Origin: Octopus sinensis
Lineage: Eukaryota
Length of the DNA: 64,000 nt
Direction of reading: 5' to 3'
Assembly: GCF_006345805.1 (NCBI RefSeq)
Contig: NC_043015.1
Coordinates: forward strand, 9,734,001-9,798,000
How positions within the stretch are numbered: the stretch's first letter is position 1; every line of letters begins with the position of its first letter. A program made the position numbers and the translations under genes. Shown piece after piece: positions 40,030 through 51,640 of the stretch. The notes below the pieces were generated by a model. That model was not told the origin of the DNA. It ran no database searches and was given only the letters and a program-made list of their open reading frames with translations.

Positions 40030-40700
40030 GGTCTAGTTGCTTTTTCTCTCAGGCGAAATATAAATATTATCTTCGTAAGTTCAGAAAATCCTCTGACTGG
40101 ATGGAAATGCCTTCCAGAAAATCGTTAAGCAGTTGAGGATTAGCTGGTACTGCTTGCAATCTTACCTTAACACATCAGCAGTAAATGCCATAAGTTTCAT
40201 TTGGAAATTTTAAAGATTTGCAGAAACGACAATTTGGACAAAAGTATACATTTTATAAGACTGTGATGGATGATATCTGAATGCAGCTCCAGAAGTTGTG
40301 ATGAAATAATATGTAAGTAGTCTGTTTCTGACAGCTGCTCTAATGGACCTCTCTCAAATCATTAAAACAACTTTTTAATGATTCAGCATTAGTTGCTGCT
40401 GCACGCCTTTGCTGATCTTAAGAGAGTGACATCTTGCTTCTGTCTTGAGACTCCATTTGATGTGCTGCAGCATGCATTTGCTTATCTTGAGAACGTTTCA
40501 ATTCTCTTCTATATTGAGACTCCATTTGACGTACTGCAGCCTGCTTTTCTTGGTCTTGAAAGGTTTCAGCTCCCTTGGGTCTTGAGACTCTCTACTTCGG
40601 ATTTTTACAAACCTTCTTGCTTTATACTTGTTTCTAGAGATGTGACGTCTTTTCTTTCTTTGCATATTGTTTTGAATATTGTAAACAAAAAGATTAGGAA
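40030..40700 (-). mobile_element. Helitron N-terminal fragment with 23-aa STPR-like repeats and a Zn-finger-like motif
   Basis: 'ESQDPRELKPFQDQEKQAAVRQM/ESQYRRELKRSQDKQMHAAAHQM/ESQDRSKMSLS*DQQRRAAATNA/ES', then 'AAFRYHPSQSY..CRFCKSLKFPNETYGIYC*CVKVRL...EDFL'. Confidence 0.85.
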
Positions 40701-42650
40701 CGTATAAAATAGTATACATTAATCTCTATTTTTGTAAGCAATTGTATGTATATAGAATTTCTTTATTATTGCATGCAATATAAAGTAACTAAGCAACTGA
40801 AACAAATACATACATACATGAACTGCTAATTTAACGGTAAGTATCACAATATTTATCATAGGTAAATTTCTTAATATTAATTACATTTATTAAAAGTAAT
40901 TTTAAGGGTATATATCTAATTGTAAATACCTTGCGATAATTATTAACAGGTAGTTGAACGGGAAATGTGTATTTTTTATATACCTTGTACCTGCTACCTA
41001 ATTGCTTTTGTAAAATATTTCACCTCCAGCTATTCGTTATGTCACTGAACATACATATACTGACACACCATTCTGCAGTCGTGTCAGTAAAGACGGAAAG
41101 TTGTCGATGCAAAATGTCGTTCACATTAGTATGTACATTATTCATTTATTTCAAAGATAATAGAAATAAGATGATTTTAGTGTTATTATATTAGAAGTAA
41201 AATTGAAAGAATAAAATTGAAACAATATTATATCACATTATAATATAGACCTTATTCTTTCCCTTTTGACACATAATACAGAACTAGTGCCAGTGCTATA
41301 TTGTTTTAATCTCACGGGCTTCTATTACTATTACCTTGTAACATTTCTCTTGGTTTGGTTGAACTGTTTGAGAATGCATAGGAAAGAGTTAAAAAGAGAG
41401 ACAAACAGACATACAGACAGACAAAGAATGGAGAGAGGAAACAGAAAAATGAAGGAGTACGGAAAGCACTGGCACTGTCGGGGAAATTTTTAACGATGCA
41501 TCATTCAGTTATTTGATTTCATTTAGTGCATAACATGTGTAATTCACCTTTTCTTTGACGATTTTTGCTCGTTACTTGTATCACAGCGATAAAAACCGCC
41601 TTATTTAAAATACTGTAAATAGCATCAATAGAAAGTAAACAGACTGGCGCCAGTCTTCTTTTTCGGAGCGAAGTCGAGTCCAACATCGGGACCAACGTTG
41701 TGTCAGCATGACGTCACGCTGGAAAACGTTGCTCCTCTAAATGGAAGCCATAACTGTCTTTATGGTTTTGTAACACGAAGCAGGCCTTTCTGTCCACTCC
41801 GTAAAACACAAAGTGAATGATCTACAAGCACTCGAGCCAAAGACGAAGATACGTGTAGGAACAACAATCAATTGTATTTGTTTGATGCTCAAGAAAAATG
41901 GAAAATTATTTTACGTTTCGATCCTGCGTTCTTCTACAGAAAGGTATAAGAGTAAACGGATAGAGCGAGAATGAAAGAACATGCTCAGTTTATTTTTGTA
42001 TTCAGTTATAATAACCATTGCTTTCATTTGTGGGTCCATTAAAATAGTAGCGAGATTGTATGGTAAATTGTGATGGAGAGATATCGGAGAGAAAACTTTT
42101 ATTACCTAAAATTGTTATATATTATTCTTCAGCATTTATTCATGAGTGAACTTTGTAAACATGTGTGTATATTTGGGTGAGTCGGCTTCAGATCATACAG
42201 TGATGCACATAAAGAAGCAGGATAGGCAGCGGCTGTTTTCGGTCAGAAGACGCGTTGTTAGATTTAGTTACATTTGGCTTTATTAGATTTAAGCCATTTC
42301 TTTGGAAATTTAAAGATCAAAGTTCTAAGTTTTGTCCAGAATTTATAAACTTACTAATCGTGTTTGTCAGCATTTTTGCAAACGAAATTTTATAGGGTTC
42401 GCGAAAGGAAGTAAGTAGGTAATAATTTCTGGTTGGTCAGTGAAATTGTTTACTTGTTACTGTTGTCATTTACATATGTCATCTTTGTAATTGAAAGCTG
42501 GAAGTTATTAGTTGTCTATGTCATGATGTTGATAGTAATGAAATTTGTTTATCTTGTTCTTTGATGTTCACAAGAGTATGTGGGTCGGTCTACATGAGTA
42601 TATTCACATCTTTACAGTAATGACCCACAGCATGTGTTAAAGGATAATAA

Positions 42651-42695
<45 letters not shown>

Positions 42696-42876
42696 ATAAT
42701 AAAATATTAGGGAATAGATCCAAATTTACAGGGAAAAATCAGATTTAAGATTGAATCCAATTTTATAGTAAAATATTATATAATATTAATTAGAGACAAA
42801 ACCACTATTTTGTAAATCAAACAAGGAAAGACTTAATCAATACATTAAAAAAATTTAATATAAAGTAAATAAATCG

Positions 42877-42921
42877 CCACTACAATTGTTTCCTGTCTTC
42901 AAATGACATTCATCAGGTGGA
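42877..42921 (-). ncRNA. Minimal type-I hammerhead ribozyme motif with an intact catalytic core
   Basis: 5'-uCCAC-CUGAUGA-a ugUC auuugaa GAca g-GAA-AC aauu GU-A-GUGG-3'. Intact CUGANGA and GAAA, GUA cleavage triplet, stem I ccac/gugg, palindromic stem III, one mismatch at the base of stem II. Confidence 0.75.
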
Positions 42922-43159
42922 TTTCATATCTAAAAATATCAATATTTTAAAAAATAAATTTAAAATGGCTAAAACTATAATATAAATGTATCAATGAAAA
43001 AATATAAAAATATATAATCTATATATAATCTATATATAATCCATATATAATCTATATATAATCAATATATAATCAAGAACTAAAATAACCTCTACAAACA
43101 ATTGAATATAAAGAAACCTATTATTAAAGTTCTCATATCTAAAGATGAAGAATCTAATT

Positions 43160-43297
43160 TCAAAAAACAAAAAAACAAAAAACAAAAAAAAACAAAAACA
43201 AAAAACAAAAAAACAAACAAAAAACAAAAAAAACAAAAAACAAAAAACAAAAAACAAAAAAACAAACAAAAAACAAAAAACAAAAATAAAAACAAAC
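43160..43297. repeat. A-rich (A3-8C)n array
   Basis: caaaaaacaaaaaaacaaaaaac... Confidence 0.9.
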
Positions 43298-44236
43298 TAT
43301 ATATACACACATGCTCATACACATATATCTAAGTATATATAAACATATCTAAATACATACACTAACTCACACTCCCATATATATCTCTATACATACACAT
43401 AAACAACTAGGCAACAATAAATTAATAAAATAGCCAAATACTTCAACACATTACTTATTCATACTCCCTCACACACACATACAACCCTCATTCATAAACA
43501 CAATCACTCTGCATGACAACCACACAACCAGCATCCACGTATACTCAACCACAACAATAAAAACATTTCATTCTTAGCAATAAACTATCAAATACCAAAT
43601 ACCACATATATACCACCACAATACATTAATACTTAAACCCAACACACACACATATCCAAATACCACATGCATTCAAGAAAGACCTGTCTATTTATCGAAG
43701 TATGTCTAAATTATTGATAATTAATAACAAAGAAAAAACGATAGAAAATATACATACCTTCCATTCAATTTAAAGTTATGAAGTGAATTTAAAGTCTAAC
43801 CGTTAAACGTATACAAAATTACGTTACCATAGAAATAAATAGAACATATTTATAATATATTCTCTGCGCGTTATAAACGAACGTTATTTAAAAATTATGA
43901 ATGGAATAGAATGGATTATATGTTAAGAAACGTAATTAGACAGAATTTACTATAAAATTCTTTAATAAAACAATCATGATAAACGAAGCCCATATACAAA
44001 TAATGATAAAATCGCCCTTACCATACACAATAACATACCTATATAGTAATCCCCTACTCATACATTCACACACAAATACACACACGTATAACACACACCC
44101 ACAAGATATACATATACCCACTCACACATACATATACATACGTACAATACTCGATATATACACCAATATATTCACACCCACAATTAAACAGATAAATAAA
44201 TAAATATATATACATCCATAATATATATATACATCC

Positions 44237-44291
<55 letters not shown>

Positions 44292-44567
44292 ATATCCACT
44301 CACACATATCATCAAATACACATATATATATAAAAATACACACATTCACAAAAACTCTTCAGGAAAGTGAAAAAAACGAAACTCGTCAATAAGACATTTT
44401 AGCAAAAAATGATGGATTTGTATAGCGATTGACAGAACGCTATTAATATTGTTTAAAAAAACGTTATATGATATAACGTCATAAGTAGCTAGCAGAAAGA
44501 GTAGGGATACCAGTAGTGAATGTTAAATATAAAGGAAATTAAAGTTTAAATTATATATAATGATAGA

Positions 44568-44646
44568 GACTACTGAAGAGAAGATTGCATTGTGTATACC
44601 ATTTATTCTTTTGAATAGTATCAGTGGAATTTTCGAAACATGTGTC
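44568..44646 (+). ncRNA. Hammerhead-like motif with extended stem II and a degenerate cleavage site
   Basis: CTGAAGA (44573-79), then a 13-bp stem with 12 pairs (44580-92/44622-34) plus an inner hairpin, then GAA-ACATGT. Position 17 reads G and stem I is incomplete. Confidence 0.45.
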
Positions 44647-44694
44647 GAAAGTAAAAATATCTGATTTACACCTACGTTAAACTCCATTTATTTA

Positions 44695-44697
44695 TTC

Positions 44698-44796
<99 letters not shown>

Positions 44797-44812
44797 CTAT
44801 ATATATATATAT

Positions 44813-44862
<50 letters not shown>

Positions 44863-44866
44863 TGTA
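44695..44866. repeat. (AT)n/(GT)n
   Basis: Read directly from the sequence. Confidence 0.95.
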
Positions 44867-44869
44867 CAG

Positions 44870-45000
44870 TGAGTATTTACAAAAAAAACAAAAGACCAAG
44901 ATGGGTGTGTAAACAACAAACCATGTGTATTAGTTTCACGCTCGGGAAGTGAGAAAGTGTTTAGCGTGTCGAGCCTACGCTCTTCGACAGAAATCAACAC
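44870..45000 (-). mobile_element. Penelope-terminus-like short repeat with a degenerate hammerhead (44960-44993), related to 23790-23935
   Basis: ttt-ctgtcga-a-gagc gtag gctc-gaca cgc t-aaac, with a downstream ttcc.gagcgt..a.taatac shared with the 23.8 kb copy. Both end at a dinucleotide microsatellite. Confidence 0.5.
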
Positions 45001-46073
45001 AGAAATAATCAGGGAATTAATTGGTAACTATATATACATACACCCGCGCGCATGTACACACACACACATACATACATACATATATATAGCATACATTATA
45101 GAAATAAGGTAATATCCATCCCCACTTAAACGTGGATCTTGTTTTGTCATACACTTTTCTGCGGTACTTACAATGGGAGAAACTCTATTATCAGCTTCTT
45201 GGCGCAAGGTGCACTCTCATTTATATCGCTAGCGTGGAAATTAAAAAAAACCTGCTACCTCTAGCATCGAGGACATTAGATCAAGCGTTTCCGACCTTCT
45301 TTGGTTTTGTCAATTGTGGACACCTACACTTTAGAGACAACAGCGTTTCACCTTCCCGTCAGCGATATATAGATTGAAAGTGTCATGCTAACAATTAGCA
45401 GGTACTCAGAAATTCACTTCAAGGAAATGATTTAGTTCTGCTCAGATTAAGGTAAGCAGAAGACTCTATTCACAACAATTAGGATTTCGTTGACTTCGGT
45501 TTGAATTTAGATGGAAGAATACATTTTACAAGTTGTAAGTGATGCAAATATGAAGTGTCCATGATGTCATTTAAATATACACCTGTCTCGTGCAGGTAGA
45601 AATATGAAAAGAGTGATACGATATGGCAATTCACTCATTGCTCACGATGTGTAGAATTTTCTCGCATCCCCTATGGACTCGCCCCCAGTATTTTCCCACC
45701 AGATTGAAAAGTTCATATATAGTATCTATTTTAGGGTAATTATGGTTTTGTCCATACTCCAAAACTAAGGTCAAACTCATAGTAATACCATTCGCCAACA
45801 GGGTTACTGATTATTATTTTTCATGATGTTCCCTCAGCATGACCACAGTCTTTCCAACTAAAATTAGTTAAATATATTCTCTGACTATTTTTAACAGCTT
45901 TCATTTCAATGTCTACTTCTTATAAGCCAGTTGATAAAAAGTTGATAAGAAGTATTTGTCATCAAGTACTTAAATGTCGCACTGGAATATGCAAAGGTAA
46001 TTTACTGATGAGAAAGTTTCAGTATAGCTATGATCAAATTATCTAACAAACATTTTACTACCGAGGAGTACAT

Positions 46074-46530
46074 AGGCGTAGAAGTGGCTGTGTGGTAAGT
46101 AGCTTGCTTACGAACCACATAGTTCCGGGTTCAGTCACACTGCGTGGCAACTTGGGCAAGTGCCTTCGACTATAGCCTCTCAGTTCTCGGAAACTGAGAG
46201 AAGCCCGTCGTATATATGTATATATATATGTGTATGTGTGTGTGCGTGTGTGTATGTGTGTGTATGTGTGTGTGTATGTGTGTGCGCACGTGTCTGTGTA
46301 TGTGTGTGCGCACGTGTCTGTATATGTTTGTGTGTCTGTGTTTGTCCATCTCAACATCGCTTGACAACCGATGCTGGTGTGTTTACGTTCCCGTAACTTA
46401 GCGGTTCGGCAAAAGAGACCAATAGAATAAGTACTAGGCTTACAAAGAATAAGTTCTGGGGTTGATTTGCTCGACTAAAGGCGGTGCTCCAGCATGGACA
46501 CAGTCAAATGACAGAAAAAGTAAAAGAGAG
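46074..46530 (+). mobile_element. CORE-type SINE (family B) with internal (GT)n
   Basis: gtggctgtgtggtaagtagcttgc...ttgggcaagtgccttcgactatagcctc...taaaggcggtgctccagcatgg. Confidence 0.92.
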
Positions 46531-48882
46531 AGATATGATTGCTTCAAACTACATGAAGCTGATATTTTTGGCGACCTAATGACAAAACTGAAGTTAATTC
46601 GTATTAAATTTCAAAATATATGGCCATTTGAAATAATATTTTGAAAAATAATTTAACGCTATCAGATTCCTCCATTTCAGTTCTAACTGGAACAACATTA
46701 TCTATTTTTTTATTTAAGAGGGAGATGGTGCGAGGTTGAAGACATTTCGCGGGTATTTCAGATGCAACGCTAAATACTTAAGTGAATTGTCGATAGAATT
46801 TCAGTTCCAAATATACAGAATTTCGATAGCGTGTTTTAAAGACAAATTAACTCACGAATAATTATAAGATGCATTTTTGTAACATATATTCCAAGAAATT
46901 CTCCACATATGACATTACACAAAGGAATATCGCACTGTATTTAATTTACACAGAAGTTTCGTGTGGGTGTATAGTCAAAATAATCAAATACATACGAAGG
47001 AAATATTTGTAAGCGAGGAAAGTAGATTTTAATAAAATAAGATTGTGCTGGAAATCTTTTACGTTCTTACAGATATTTATCAATTTTGAAAAGGATCTGC
47101 GCCTCACGTTCACCTTCCTTATATTTTTGATTTGACAAAATGAATTTAATCAGAAACAATAATTGATATAGCTACGAGATGTTCGTTTTCCTTCAGTCTA
47201 ATAGCAGAAATATCACATAGAGTCACTAATATAAATTTTACAGCAATTATATAAGTATCTTGTATATTTCAATATCCACGCACACAAAATTATCACCGAA
47301 ATCAAATTATCAAGTTCATATGTAAACTACTGACATTATCAAATCTAATTGGTAGGTAAATGTTCGCAAAAATTTATCATTCATATATAGATTGAGTGAA
47401 ACTTAAGATGCTTAACTAGCCTTCTGATGATGAGGTAAAATATGTGTATAACGTATATATAATTATATCTGAGTGTTTTGAACATAAATTCAGACTTTAC
47501 ATAATTACTGTAAGAAAAAGTATAGGAAAATCTGTAAATTATGAAATAAATTAGCGAATCTTGACACCAGATCTGTGGTAGAGATTAATCAATTCAATAA
47601 ATGCATGTGGTAGCTTCACACCGAAGGAATAAAGTGGTAAAAACAACTATCCACCACATATAAAAAACACATTTCATATAAACCTTTGGATACTAGCATG
47701 TCCAACTGGTCTTAAATAAATCAGATTATAATCTGCATTCTTGACTCATTTCGACATTTCCTTTATTTAAATCTGTCTCTAGATACCAAAATGTGTTACC
47801 CTCACATCTGTTTGTGTATTTAGTCGCTATGTTCGTTGGTGGCAATTAAAGTATCAGTATAGACCAAATAATCAGAGTCATCAATGTTAATAGCATGTTG
47901 ACCTGTATTCCATACATGCACATTTGAACACTTGTACATTTGAACATTTGAATAATAATATCAACTCATTGAAATAAGGATATTATTTTTGAAACGATGT
48001 ACAGAATGTCGCTGGTACATTTTAACTCCCACAATAAAACATATATAAATATAAAGCATTTCAGTTCACTATATTGTCTGCATCTACAGCAAACGTATGC
48101 CATAAATTCGTTTCTCTGCTTTTCTTTTATTCAAAAACAAAATATTTCTAGTCTAGCACTATTTTTAGTGTGTTGTGCAATACTGAATTAACCTATAAGT
48201 TGTGATACTTTTGGGAAACGGATCTACTAGAAATAGAGCGTATATAGCCATAATATCACACTGCTAAAGCATTTTAAAGCAGTGGTAGTAAAATGTCAAT
48301 GCTTAAAAATGTAGCTTCAACTACATTTTTGCTGACTATAGCAAAATTACATGTTATGATATTAATAAACCTATGTAATGTTTTCAGGCTAAAGGCATAA
48401 ATTATGTGGATTGAACTGCACTACGATTTCATTTATATGAAAACTGTTGCTATGTGTTTCTATGTAAGTGTGCATTTGTGTATGTGTGTGTTTGCAGGCA
48501 GGATCTGTTTTATTTCCTACTTTCTTTCATGCCACATTCTCTCTACTTGTTAACTCAATACTATACTGTGATATGTATTATGTATATGTGTTTTACATGG
48601 GTGTATATATTTCCTTGTTCCTTTCATTGATTTCTTACCGTCGCAGTATATGATAATTAAGAATTACGAAGATTCAGCAAAACATTAAGTTCAATTCCAT
48701 ACAATTTAGACGTTCATAACATATGTAATTCAACGACCATGGGATTGATAATTGCAAACATTTTGTATTAAGTACTTGATGAAAAATACTTTGATTATTA
48801 AATAGCTTATAAGCAGTAGACATTGCAATGAATGTTGTTAAAAATATTCTAAATAATTATCCTCACTCAGTAATTCGTTTGT

Positions 48883-48927
48883 CTATATATATATATGTAT
48901 ATATATATACATATATATATATAATAT

Positions 48928-49002
<75 letters not shown>
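48883..49002. repeat. (AT)n
   Basis: Read directly from the sequence. Confidence 0.95.
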
Positions 49003-49003
<1 letters not shown>

Positions 49004-49251
49004 GATACTAATTTTAATATTTGCCGCGTGTTACAACCAAAGCCAATGTTAAACAGCAAAATTAATTAATACATTTTGCACAGCAAATATCAATCCTGCT
49101 TTTTCTATAAATTTCCGATGGGCACATTGCATACTTATCAACAATTCAGCTATAAGTAGTACTAACAGATAAATAAATGCTTATTTATCGGGCCTGGTTT
49201 AATCTATAACTAAATTAGATATATGTACACAAATTATAGTAGTGCATATAT

Positions 49252-49294
<43 letters not shown>

Positions 49295-50044
49295 TTGTGT
49301 GTGTGTGTGTGTGTACGGTGCTTTTTTACTGAATATCATAGTTAAACAAGGAGAATGTTTTACACAATCATAAAATGCAAGACAAATTATTAGGCAACGA
49401 AGAAAACACAGTACTGAGAAAATAATTACAATAATTAATGTTACAAAACGTATATTGGGAAGACTTTTGATCTTTGGAAGGAAAACTATTCGATGCACTA
49501 TATTTCCATCTGCCAGGTCTCATCAGTTAATTCTGGAAAATTTAAGCTTCGAAAATATGTAGACATACAGAACAGTTTAAATACTTTGGCAAGAGAAACA
49601 TAAATTCATATATTTATATATTCATATATTCATAAATCCATAAATTCAATAAATAACAAATTGAATCCAGCAGTTTACTAACTATTATCATACATGTCGA
49701 CAAATTTTGGCACACATGAGTCAAAATACGGTGTTGATATATTGTAAATTTGCCTGATTTAACGACTCGTGAGAGGTGCTACGGTTTTATAATACTGGGG
49801 AATATACACAGTTTCAACCTGCTGGTTGAGAAATGCAAATTAACCCAAAGGTAAAGGATCTAAATTTTTTTTTGGTAATTGATTCTTAATTATCTATAAT
49901 TATGTCTCCCTTAAACTTAAAGAACTGCATTATTTGTTCCTCCTCTTTCTCTCTCATGCCCTATTTCTCTGTAGCTATCTGTGAGTGCGTCAGTATGTGC
50001 GCGCGCGAATGTATCTGTTAGTGTATGTCCTGCGTTTAACTGGA

Positions 50045-50345
50045 AAATGCATCACGTGGTGGCGTTAGTGTTCGGGAGTTCCATATTTTTGTGGAGTGTG
50101 GAACCACTTCTTATCAATGTTGCTCCCAGGTGCACTCTACCCACGAAATACCAAATCCCTTCAGGGTGCCGGATATGTCTTAAATAGCATCTTGCGTAAT
50201 AAACTCCAATGTCGGTAAATGAAAAGTCTGAGGGAGACAACCTCGAGAGTAAACTAAGCAGTGGTAACTCAACAGCAGGTAGAGCAGTCTATCCGTGTAG
50301 GGCAATTCATCTAGGAGAAGGCCAACTCAATTAAAAATCTATATT
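50045..50345 (+). mobile_element. Probable RTE-clade LINE 5'UTR fragment
   Basis: gagggagacaacctcgagagtaaac...gggcaattcatctaggagaaggccaactc resembles the ggcaacc..tctaggagaaggaaaactc segment I recall from RTE 5' regions. No ORF. Confidence 0.4.
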
Positions 50346-51399
50346 TTGCACGTCTAAAGATTCTGCCAGCTCGCCACCCACACTGAGGAAATATTGAAAA
50401 ACAAATGTTGTAAGCAATATAATGACAAGTGTAAAGAAACAAGCGTAAAGAAAACATTTAGTATGCCTTATCTACTTTTGTTGTAAGTCTAAAATTTAAG
50501 ACTAAACTGTAGCTAAAGACAACGTATTTTAATTATATTTCATGTATATCAGATATACTGTATGTGGTCTTCTGTAAAACTTAGGCATTGTATATCTCTA
50601 CCTAGAGAAGAGATATGATCAACATTCAAAGAAAATCTGCCTCACCTGATATGTATAATATATGAGAATTATTTATAAAATCTATATGAAAGATCTGATC
50701 GATAATTTCTTTAAGTACATCGAAATTCTGCGTCTGCTTTGAATAAACTGCACCCTAAATTCTCAGTCACGAAATAACCAATGTCCATTATTGAAAGAAA
50801 TAATTTGATTTCCGTGAGATCATATGATTAACATTTATTCAAATATGTATGATATATATGTTTACATGTTCGGCAATTTCTCATTGTTCATTTCAGAGTT
50901 ACAGCAAAAAGTTTGATAATGATCGACTACTTATGCATAATTTACATTATGTTGGACAAAAGTAGATGCTATTGTCCATCAAATATTATAAATCTCCCAT
51001 AGAGATATTTGATTTATTCAAAGTAAAAAATATGATTCGAGGCAATTATAATTTTTTTTTCTATATATATTGTATTCGGTTCTGGTTATTCAGACACCAG
51101 GGGATACCACTCGAAACCAAAATCTTATTATAGTTATTTATTCATTACAAGAAGTCATGTAAAAGTCTTTGCGATTTTCCACTTTAATATATGTACATGA
51201 AACTATTGATGTACAAATTGAAACCACATAGTATGTTCATCGTCTTTTTTAAAAATTAAGCATTTAAATGAGTATGGGGGGGAGCTATGGTATTAGAAAC
51301 AGATAATCGATAAGATAAATAAAACATAACTTCTCTTTTAGTCGTACAGATATCGACATTCAATTCTTTACGTATCTTTAATCGCTTTCTTATGCCTGC

Positions 51400-51468
51400 A
51401 TCATATATGTGTGTATGTATATATATATATATATATATACATACATACACACATATATATATACACAT

Positions 51469-51540
<72 letters not shown>

Positions 51541-51640
51541 TCATACATATATTCGCAGGCGCACTAAGTCATATCCATAAACACTCGCACACAGATACGC
51601 ACGTACACACAGGCACATACATACACACACACATCTATAT
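51400..51640. repeat. (AT)n/(CA)n
   Basis: Read directly from the sequence. Confidence 0.95.

Noticed and set aside
45402-45451. 50-bp segment with a branch-point-like CTAAC, AG and AAG|GTAAGC
   Set aside because: No polypyrimidine tract, a frame-shifting length and no recognisable peptide.
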